NCBI GenBank assembly: GCA_000934665.2
Contig: JYFJ02000553.1
Location: forward strand, 1 to 64,000
DNA length: 64,000 bases
Direction of reading: 5' to 3'
From: Catajapyx aquilonaris
Taxonomy: Eukaryota
Below, piece after piece: positions 53,601 to 64,000 of the stretch. Within the stretch, counting starts at the first letter, position 1; the number at the start of each line of letters is the position of its first letter. Position numbers and translations under genes: made by a program. The notes under the pieces were generated by a model that saw only the letters and a program-made list of their open reading frames with translations, was not told where the DNA came from and did no database searches.

Positions 53601-56600
53601 AGATCCATCGAGGAGATCCATCAGAGGTCTCAGGACATCGTCGGCCTGTGCAGCAACCTCGTTCCTCTGAGATGGTTGGTTCATGGCCACCTGACCACCG
53701 CCCTTGATGGACAGGAGAAGGTCACCCAGTTCCTTCACACTCTGAGTGATCCTCGGGTCCAAGCTGCACGTAAAAAAGAGTAATTCAATTATTGTTTAAC
53801 TACCTACCTACATGTAGTACATGCAAATTAGTTAAAAGAAAAAAAGTGGCAGACCTCTTGGAGAAAATGAGTGCCAGTTCGTCCAGGACAGTGTTGAGCG
53901 ACTGCTGCAGTTCCTTGAGAATGGAAGCTGCATCTTCTTCGAGCTTCTCACCGCCCATGGATTCGAACATCTTCTCAAGCTGTACCCTGAGCTGTTGGAC
54001 GTTGTTCATGAGGATGCAAGCGATTCGCTCGTCCTTCAGGTGCGTGGGAAATTCCTTCTTGACGATGTCCGCGTAGGCCAGGAGCACCTTCACTATGGTC
54101 TTAGCAAATCGCTTCATGTACCTCTTCCAGATGTCCGGATCGGGACACTCCAATTTGGACACGACGTCGAAGCACTGGGTCAGCTGGGTGAAAATGTCCA
54201 CCACCGAGTTGGAGAAGAGGGCATGCTCGCTGCTCTTTTGGAACTGCAGAAGGCATACAATGTCATTAAATGCAGAGTCTCTTGGAAATCACACCGTACA
54301 CAACGTACAGTACATCAGACCAACTTAAATGTGCAGACATTAGTAATGACTGATCCAGAAAAATCCGTTTGACAATCCTTATCCTGCTAACTATATTGCA
54401 TGAATGGACTAAGCATTTCTCCAGAGAAGAGTACATAGTGACACGTACCCCGTCCTTCTTGTCCCTGTTGAACGCTCCGTGGAGATACTCCAAAGACACG
54501 TCGTCATTCTCATTGAGCCACTGCATAACAAACGGCTCGAACCACCTGCGGAGTCAAGTGACACTGATGTGTGAACTGCTTCACAGGGCTTTGTATGCCG
54601 CTAACGAGTTTGTTGTACTTACGCTGGGTACTCAGGCACGGATCCTTTGTAAGGAGGCACATCCTTCACGTAATTGTTGTACAACCACTTGACTTTGAAG
54701 TGTAGGTTCATATATGCGGAGGACTTGCACAACCGATGCTGTTCGTGTTCCTCCAGCGCGTACTTCATATCCACTGCGAACAAGCTCCACATCGTGGCAG
54801 CAGACAGCTGCAAATTTAAATAATTCTCATCGTGTGTGCATCACTTTCAACACATCATGACTAACCTGCCCAATGTTGAGCTCTTGAGGAAACTGGTTCA
54901 GCACTGGGGCGTAGCTGTTCTTGTCCTCCTCAACCACAGACACTATTAGGGCTATTAGCTTGTGCCAAAAATCCACAGTGTCCAGCCGTGGACCATGGTC
55001 CTCTGGGTCCCGCTTTGGTTCGTTCGGATCAGCCTGCAACAGAAGTACAATCCAAGATAACTTGCGGATTTCCACAGCATTTCAAAATTCATTTAGATCT
55101 GTCAAAAAGGCATGGTTCTGACCTGAAACTCTCGGTTGTAAAGTTCGTAGCAGTTTTCGAATAGGAACTGGTAGGTCGACCGCAAGCAGGCCTTGACGCA
55201 GTCTTTCACCACAGTGCTGGCTCGAGGAGGGCTTGATAGTTCTTGTACCTGAAATGGAGATGGTCTTATTAGTGAGTCTGCTATATTTCCATAAGCCACA
55301 CTGTACAGTGCAACTTACCTTCATCCTGAAGAAAGTTATGCTCGTGAGGAGATCGACGGTGGATTTGAGGTCCATAAGCTTCTCATTGCTGGAGGCAGGG
55401 AAGTTGTTTCGGTACATGGAGAGGTCAATTCGGAGGGAGTTGTGCAGTTGGTCCAATAACTTTACAAACTTCTCTTTCTGCAAAAAGATGGGACCGTTGT
55501 GGTTTTGACACACACTCGTTAACAGGGCTTGTCTTACCCCAAAGTTTGATGCAGAAAACCTATCACTGGCTGATACAGCCGAAGATGCTGTTGTATGTGC
55601 ATAGTATGCGTTGATATTTGCTAATAAGGTACTCATGACTGCAGGCACTCCTGGACATAAATACTTGGTAGATAAGCAGTGGAAGTGCCTGAAAATGACG
55701 GTTATTTTGTTAGCCGCTTCCACACAAAATTAGCACAACTTATAGTCATCGAAAGGATTAGGCTCTTACGTCATGGCCAGGTAAATGGATTCAATTCCGT
55801 AGCGCATTCCGAATTCATCCGTAATCTCCTGACCAGGATCCTCAAAATAGATCTTCCAGGCATCGTCTCCTTTTGCAGCTGGGAGTTTCACCAACCCGCA
55901 GTTTTGCACTTCACACAAATAGTGGAACAGGTTTTCGTGCAGGCAGGTATACTGCACGTGGTAAGGAGCCACCTGCACAGGAGAAGACAACAACATTAGC
56001 ACACCTGTGCACTCCGCAATATCTCTAAATTAATAATTTTGAGCAGTTTAACCTTTCTCTCTATACTATATACACTTTACTGAGTCAACAACATTTGGTG
56101 CTACTACTAGTGTAAAGAGTGAGAGAAACTGCCCAAAAGTAGTTCAAACAAATGGCAATACCTTCTCCTCTCCTTTGATTTCAACACTGATATGCAATCG
56201 AATAGCACCGGAAACAGCGGACTTGTCCGTCCGCTTCTCCAAGTTGTACCACACGTCCATCTCTCCAGATAGCGTGCGGACCTCGATAATGGTCTGGCCA
56301 AGGAAATCGTCCGATTCACGAGTCAGCTTTTGGCGGAGCTTGGACTTGAGGTCGTTATCTTCGTCCCAAACGCGAACCTTGATGCGATCGGAAGAGTTGT
56401 GGCACTCGCTGCAGGGGGGATTTGAATGTGTTGTCGTGTCGTTAGCGCATAATGGAAACTCTGGTGATATCAGGACCACACCAATGGAAGTCACACACGA
56501 TCGTACTTACAAGTAAAACTTCTCATTCCACACAGGGTTCAGCTCCTGTGGCATGGTTCTAGTCCGCTTCTTGACTTTGCCCACTTGTACTGTTACGTAC

Positions 56601-59600
56601 GGATCTGATGTGCCACTTTTATCCTTTGCAATTAAACCTTGTGCGCAAATCACTGCAATAAAATGGCAAGTCAGTGAAATCGTGCATTGGCTGGTCCGGT
56701 TTCTCGTGAATATAGTGCCTGAAGGTTGCGTGAATATCAGTTAAGATTGCGCCGTGGCCAATGTGGATGGTGTTCAAAAATTTTGCTTTTTTTTCGGTCG
56801 CAATGCAAAGTGTGAAATGTTGAATGATTGTCAAAAAAGGATTGTGTTAAGCAGTGTAAGGAGTTTCAGAAAGCAATAATAGAGTATACGGTATGCAATA
56901 TATTACTGATCTTAAATGGTATATCAAGTAGTGAGTAACGCATGCAACCAAGCCAGAAAGCATCAAGAAACGTGTCTTTTTGTGTAGAGAGAAATTAAAA
57001 TGGAAAATGGGTATAAAATGAAAATATAGTTGGTTTTAGAGTGAAGAGTTGTCGTGTTTCATGCCATGTGTAAAATGCTCTGTTGCAGCAGTCCGAGATA
57101 GATTCATATATTCTGCTGCCTCCGCCATATATCAAGCACCTTGTCCATACACCTTTCCGCTACACACTCGAAAGTGCGCGCAATTCAATCAATCAATCAA
57201 TCAATCAATCAAAAATTCTCTGGAGGCAGCAGATTCAGTCAACTGCCAAAAAAGTGTACGTCACGCAGTACACATGCTCTCGTCTCGGGTTGAGAGAAGC
57301 CGGCATGATTCCCTCGGCACACAACCACATAATCTACAGTAACACAGAAGTAACACAGAACCGCTATGTAAAAGACCCTGTATCTCGGCCCATGGACCTT
57401 TAGCTACATGGCACATCATATAATAATATGCACCATATACACATGCTACCATTCGCAACAGTAGAGGGCGGGCGACTCACAGGAAATCTAGGAGAGATGC
57501 GACACACACTGAAAGAGAAGGACAAGAGTACGTGGCAAAACACTTGGGGACAACATGGCATGCGACTCACACACACAGCACAAGAAGACGACCCTAGTGG
57601 ATTGTTCTTTTTTTCTCTCTTTTGATCTCTTTGTGTGTCGTGAGTTGTTTGTATGTGAAAAATGTATAATCCAATCGATTCTACTGCCTTATTTCTGATG
57701 CCTGGGAACCCAAGTGTTGTGCTCTAGTCTACCGCGATACCTATTCGAAAAGTCGGTCAACACCTAAGTGTTGGTAAATTCCCCTACCTAGTTAATAATA
57801 ATACATCTGACCAATAAAATATTGGCCTACAAAATATATAATATGCGATACGTTCTTATCCTGCACATGCCATGCTCTAGGAGGAAATCCGGCAGCAAAA
57901 AAACGTATATATGAAAAAATAACACAGGACAACTCCCGAGTGCCAGAATGTACAGAAAGGGTGACTGCGGCATTCATTCAGAAAGCTGAAGCATGACAGG
58001 CAGATCGAAGAGAAAAGTGTTCTGGGACGTGTCACTAAGCAAAGTTCCAGGAGGCATGTGTGCACCTCCATGGGGGGGTTAGAACTAGGAACACAGTAAA
58101 CAGTCGGGGGAGGAACTTTGACAAATTCCAGCCAAGATGGTTTCTGCATAGCATAGAATGGAGCTTTGGCTACAGCAGGAAGTGGAAGAGTATAGTGAAC
58201 CCTTCTGGTCGGTAAACCAATGGATACCTGTAATGGCAATCTTGCACGACCAATTTGAGGTCCCATCTAAAACATTTCCTTCGGCATGTTCGATTGAATC
58301 AATGTGAGTATCGGGATCCACTGAAAAGGTCATTCTGCGAAGAAACAAACACCAACACAAAACATAAATACCACAGCAGAAGCACACAGGGACAGTGCCA
58401 GGCTATCCCTTGCTAAGAGGAAGAGAGAGCCTCTATACACAGAGCGCGATATGTACACAGGTCATAGAATGCAGTCACATCGATCATCAGAGTCGAAACG
58501 ACCTGAAAAACTAGCAGATAAGTCAGCTCCCAGCCAATTTTTGCAACTAGATTCGACTCGAAGCAACAGATATGACGCATCCGCACGATCTCGAAAGTCC
58601 TTCAAAGTATTGAATGTAATAAAAAAGAGGCTGTAGTACTATCCATACGTTCAAGTGAATCCGGGATGGCAGCCAGCAAGTATTGGTCCAACTGTTTCGC
58701 CTCATTGAGGAAAAAGCACTTCAGATGGCTCCTTTCCAGAACCTTTCTTTTTGCATTTTGCTCCGTGCCACGCAGTGAATGATTTTCTTTTTGGCAAACT
58801 TTCTCAGTACTCCCTTGAAACTTCATTCATTGTTTTCAAACTCCGCAAGCCTAAGATGCGAAAACCACGTTTAGGGATAATAAATTACTCCGTCACGTGT
58901 AATTAAGAAAACGCTCTAGCATCTCTCCCCTATTTATCTGAAACTCGTGGGTCGTAGCTGGAGAGTAGGAGGAGGAGGAAAAAAATGAGGCCTCATTAAG
59001 AAGGATGGTTCTGATAGAGCTCGCTAACGACCATTACTCTCTGCCAGAGCAAGGCAATATTTGGCAGGACCCGAGAGGTTCTATGCCAAAAGAGGGAGGA
59101 CCCCCGTGTCGGGCAGGTAATAGACTTGTCAACCGTTGGTTCAAACTCGTAATTCAGTTCTGCCCAACGCCCTCCCACCATTTTCTTTTCTCATGGACCA
59201 GATAGACGCGGAAAAAAAGTCATCTCCAAAACCCAGCCCCTTCTCTCAAAAGAGCATTGGCCCAAAAAAATCTATCGGTGTGCAAAGCGTCAATGGCCCG
59301 CACACTATTTTTGGAGCAGACGATCGATCCCCATAAGTAATTGATGTGATGGTGGAGCAGGGATTCTCTCGGAAAGTTTTGGGTGAAGCAGCTGGACCAC
59401 AAAATTGTAGGGGGCAAGGATTTCTTCCTTTTGTACGAAAGTTTTGGCAACACAATTTGCAGTTGGCTCTCTCTTTCCCTTAGACTACAAATGGCAGGCA
59501 TGAAGACAAGTAGAGCCAAGCCAAATGAAAGCTCCTCTCCTCCCGTTTCCCTCACTCCAGGGGGCCGTGGAAAGAGCGATATATAAGAAAGCATTCCTCC

Positions 59601-62600
59601 ATCTAGTTGGGGGCCACAACATGAACAGCACTGGGACACAAACCTGTAATTGCTATTTTGGCAGACCACTTGCTTGTGCCGTCTAAGACTGACTGTTTCA
59701 CGGCTTTCATGTGGCCAATGTGGCTTTTTTCTTCCACTCCAAAAACGGCCCTGTTTCGTTGGAAAACAAGAGTGAAAGAAAAGGCTCAGTGTCAGCACAG
59801 AAAATTATGGGTCCTCAAAAAAACCTCTCTCTGAATTTTTTTGAGGTTGTACTCCAGCAGTCCACATCTGCAGGAAAGGTGAGGAATATAAAAAAACTAG
59901 TCTGGTCAAAAATCCTAACTCTTACCTAATCCTTTGGTTTGCAAAAATATTTGTTAACAACTTGGAGGAACAAGCAAGTTATCGTGATTTTTTAAATATT
60001 ATAGATCTTAACATTTTCAGTCCTATGGGAGGAGAGTCTACAGCACCTGCCACTTCCGCATTGATTTTCCCCAAGTGCACTACATTTTCAGCTACTCAAT
60101 GTGAAAGTGGCCTCGTTAATTCTGACTCCATACAAAAAGGAGTTGAACTTGCAAAACTTGAGAGCTGTGCAATTTTTTTTATATAGACTATACTCTCTCT
60201 CTCTCTCTTTCTCACTATGCTTTGAAGAGCCAATAGAGAAGTGTGACGAATCGATCATCGTTTCAAAAGTTCCCCCCAGTTACCTAATCAGCTCAAAGAT
60301 TTCTGGCTTTTCTCGCTCTCGCTGCTTCATCCTCTCCTTCATTGCAGTGATGATGCTGTTAGCTTTGTCTTCAGCTCCGTGCTTGGAACTCTTCTCAGCA
60401 GCTCCTGGAGAGAGAAAAAAAGGTACACCGCCCTTGGAATCCTCCGAGTTTCCCGAGGCAATTGCAAGAGAAAAGGACGCATTTGCAGTCTTGGATAGTA
60501 ACTTGACGATTTAAGTACCTTTCTAGCTGAGAGCACAGTTACTTTTCAACCAAATTATTTTACTAGAAAATCGACATTCTTGGAGTCATTGAACTCTCAT
60601 TTCCACCGTTGGATACATCAATGTTACTATCCAACAACTATGCACACTTGAGATCTGACACAAATTACGTACGTTGCAAGCAGTCGGCGTTGAGAAGGTC
60701 TTTGCACTTTTCGTGACACTTGACCCCGCACTCGGTGCATCTGACCCCCTGTCGAGCTATGCCCCACAGAAGACCCTCGCACTCGTAGCAGTAAGTGGGT
60801 GATGTGGCGGTCCAAAGGACAAAGTTGTGAGGAGTGGTGCTGGAGATGGGATATATCAGCGCCTGCAACGTCTTCTTGTACACGTGCATTTTCTGCGATG
60901 GTTGGGGGAGGAAAGCAGACGGAAACAAATGATCCATCAGGTCCCAGGCTCTCCCCAAAAGTTTCCTAAATACATCACTGTCGGCTGCACGTGGCGGGGG
61001 TTGTCTCCCCCCACCAAACTTTTCCAACCCCCTACTTCCATTTACGTGATGCGACCCCTCCAGCAGTGAAATTTCAATTCCGGCTCTCCAAATCTCTCCG
61101 GACACACACATTCACAAAAAAGGGAACCAAATCGGACGCGTCCAGTGAACCGTTGGCTTTTCGTCTCCAAAAAAACTTCAATCCCCAATTTTGGGAGCCA
61201 TAATTTAATTTTTTTGTCCCCTAAACTGCTTCCGATTGGTGAGGCTAATTATGAATGACTGGAGACTTAATTAGTTCCGCAAGGTGAGAAAGAATAAAAG
61301 ATTTTTGTGACTTACCAGTTCTTCGTCGTTCAGGGTAGCCCTGGGCACGGCAGAAGTCAGTCCGGCGTTTCTCTTGGTGGCAGCCATGGTCTGAAAAATC
61401 GCGAAGAGAAATGATAAGAAACAAAAATCTCAGATCGGAACTAATAAATCAATTTGCTTTTTAGTAAGTTAAGAATGTCAGAGAGTGAGTGAAGAAAGAG
61501 TAAATAGTAAATACCTTGAGCACCTGGTTATTGGAAGCAAAAGAGAAAGAGAGAAGATCAGAAAATGGATTAGTAGAATGTCGGGGAAGAAATTGATATT
61601 TTTTGTTGCAATAATGAAGGGCACAAAGTGGAAAATTTGAGGCAAATTGGCGGCCAAATTTTGTGATAAAATGTTTGATTGTAGTAATAATTAGGGACTT
61701 TTGCTCCTCTGATGCTATACAGAGGAAATGTGAGCAAATATGTACCCTTCATATTTGTCTTAAGTGTCAACAATTTAAAATTACTTCTTAAAATGTTAAA
61801 TCAAAATAATTTGACATTTACACCAGGAAAGGGATTATTCGTCAACCCACAATATCCTATGGAAACTGGAGGCCTATACGTGCGATATATGATACGAGCA
61901 GGCAGTTGATGCTTGATAAAAGGGAGCCCTTTGTAACCTTGAGAGTTACAGCGTTCTCCTGGAAAAAGTTTTTTCCCCTTCCCTTCTTCTTTTTTTAGGT
62001 ATAGAGCTCTAACAAGCGTGGCCTCCAGTGCAGCTTTCCACAGCCTGGGCCCCACCTCTATAGCCGATAACCCCTAGCGAGATGGCAAGGAATGGCACTT
62101 TGGAAACCCCGAGGACAGGACAACGTTGTTGCTAGGGCGGCTCTCAACTCTCGTGATTCACTGCCCCAAGTTGGAAACTGCCAATTTTTCCTCCCGTTTT
62201 CAACCTGCCCTCCTTTTTTTTTTTTGTTGGTAGAATCGACTCAACATTGTCCAGGTGGCCCCTAGGCCTGCTAACAACTCTGCACGGTTGGCAATAAGTT
62301 TCGCCAAGTGTTTTTTTGAAGATGGCTGTGAGACAACTGAAATTAATTTTGGTCTGTTTCTGCCGCAAAACCCCCCCGAAAATTTCCATTCAGCTCGTGT
62401 CCAATGAAACGGTCTTGCGGTCGTGGCGAGGCGTACTTACCAGCTCGGAAACGAGAGGAATCGACTTGCGCCGGGGTCGTATGTCCGGCATGCTGTCGAT
62501 GTTGCTGTAGAACGGGTTGTCTCCTGGGTGGCTGCAATGAGAGCAACGGAATTCCGGCCATTGTCATCTGCCTATCGCAGAAACGGCTCGTAAAACCCAT

Positions 62601-63276
62601 GTGGAGCCGGCAAACAAACAGTAAAAGGGAGACCCAAATAGCCTCAAGGTATTTTTGTGGCTGGACTGGTATTCAATAAAATTGGCAAATTCTTTAAAAA
62701 TCGCCAAATTTCATATAATATTATGTTAAAGTTAGCGAATTTTTTTAGAGGAGACGCTCTGTGAATATTATACAGGGTGACTCTAAAGTCTGGACACATG
62801 GTTGGTCGACAATTGGTCACCCTGTAGTATTCACAGAGAGTCTCCTCTTTTAGTACTACTTTTTAGTAACTACTTTTAAATACTGCGCTTATGAATAATT
62901 TAAATAAATGGCCTAAGTTGAGTTCTTGAAGGCAAAATTTTTCTTTCCTTAAAAAGTACAGTTTGCAAAAAGGTATCAGCCCCGAAAGTGCCTGAATCAT
63001 TACCGACTATGTCATCAATTTCACTCAAATTTGCATGCAACTTCCCCAGGCAAAATTGGAAACCTACAGCAAATCCCCCCCCCCCCCTCTTCTCTCACGC
63101 TTTTGGTGAGGGTGGGTGGGCCTTCGACAAAAAAAAAAAAGAGAAAAGCGGAGAGGCAGCACAGGCATTATAAATAATTCATGGATCCGCAAAATCCGTG
63201 CAAGATTTCCCCAGAGTTGGTTGCAACATACGTACCTCGTGCGACTGCCGCTGTCTCCGGCTCCACTGCCGCCATT
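50627..63276 (-). CDS. unc-13: Protein unc-13 (Munc13 homolog): C1, C2B, MUN and C2C domains; 5'-partial
   Basis: Phase-compatible exons: 63276-63236, 62531-62441, 61523-61515, 61390-61316, 60892-60673 (C1), 60404-60284, 59750-59644 or 58334-58228, 56652-56511, 56408-56162, 55972-55770, 55688-55538, 55477-55319, 55248-55123, 55033-54866, 54807-54623, 54545-54449, 54243-53855, 53763-53478, 53408-53277, 52907-52682, 51636-51538, 51230-51068, 50997-50871, 50794-50627. Motifs: [43 protein letters not shown]. Confidence 0.96.
52397..52528 (-). CDS. unc-13: Candidate alternative exon of unc-13 (44 codons)
   Basis: Phase 1 to phase 1, open frame, AAG acceptor after a pyrimidine tract, donor AAG|GTAACA. 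Confidence 0.5.
58228..58334 (-). CDS. unc-13: unc-13 mutually exclusive exon B (107 nt)
   Basis: Encodes [35 protein letters not shown], phase 2 to phase 1. Confidence 0.85.
59644..59750 (-). CDS. unc-13: unc-13 mutually exclusive exon A (107 nt)
   Basis: Encodes [35 protein letters not shown], phase 2 to phase 1. Confidence 0.88.
62747..62848. repeat. Nested hairpin: 52-bp TA-flanked mini-element inside a ~22-bp-arm palindrome
   Basis: TA|CAGGGTGAC…GTCACCCTG|TA (62773-62824), flanked by AGAGGAGACGCTCTGTGAATA and TATTCACAGAGAGTCTCCTCT. Confidence 0.8.
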
Positions 63277-64000
63277 CTGCAACAAGAGCGGAATGGTAAA
63301 TATGAGCACGGTTGACACGCTGACAAATTACCCCTTTCTTTTTTGCAGGTTACAAATTAGAGTCGGCTCAAGTCCCCCAACTCAACCCTTAAACCGATAT
63401 CTGCCAGAGGTGCTGGGTGTTTTATACCAAACTCCACGGAGAAAACTGGCTGGAATATTCCAGCGGAAATATGCTGGAGACTCAAGAGACAGACACGAAA
63501 AGCTGCCTCTCGGCAAAAGGTGAAAGACCACAAGTCGTGGTCAACGGTGCGTGCCTAGAAATAGCTCGAGCGAGATTAGTTTTGGCGGACTGAATTGCGA
63601 GGAATGGCGCGCTGGGCCAGGAAAACAAGGACGACCGTGGCTTTTAATCAAGGAAATGCAAGACAGCTCAAAGGAAGAGGAGGAGGAGGAGGAGATATAT
63701 ACACGGTGCACTTACAGCTCTCTGCTGGCTGCAGGAAGGTGCGGGATGGTTCAAGTTCCAGGTAATGAAATTTTTTTGTGTGTGTGTCTGAAGGAAATAT
63801 GCACCAGTATAGGTCTCGGGTAATTCAGTGTTGGAGACCCTCTCCGCGCTTCTAGCGTTTATTATGACTTGATGACGCCAGTGCATGGAGATGAAAGGCA
63901 GCACGTACTGTACACTGTTAGGACCAAGTGGCCAAAATGGCTCACTCTGCACTTGAAAACAGCGCATGCTTCTGTTGAGCAGAAAATCGACACTGCAAGA

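Noticed and set aside
57481..57508. 28-nt candidate exon in an unc-13 intron
   Set aside because: It does not preserve the frame and has no homology support.
58602..60165. Further alternative exons near the mutually exclusive pair (58602-58826, ~60047-60164)
   Set aside because: One has no similarity to the paired exons, and the other has an in-frame stop in the required phase.

Overview
Intron-rich animal genomic DNA, most likely an insect or other arthropod. All recognisable host genes are on the minus strand. From left to right: ~7.5 kb of non-coding DNA that is probably the first intron of a gene running off the left edge; an 18-finger C2H2 zinc-finger gene; a paralog of that gene whose acidic first exon is spliced in frame to an intact, catalytically degenerate pogo/Tigger (Jerky-like) transposase, with decayed zinc-finger remnants left in the intron; several DNA-transposon remnants (Tc1-like, a DUF4817-type DD38D element with ~89-bp TIRs, and a THAP/Kolobok-like element with tandemly triplicated mini-exons); Csk; three tandem Cyclase-family (KynB/isatin hydrolase-like) genes with signal peptides and GPI-like tails; a membrane-bound CREB3/Luman-type bZIP gene; and the 3' part of unc-13, which has a mutually exclusive exon pair, a 9-nt microexon and a candidate cassette exon. 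Exon models were built by hand from GT/AG sites and reading-frame phase. No database searches were run.
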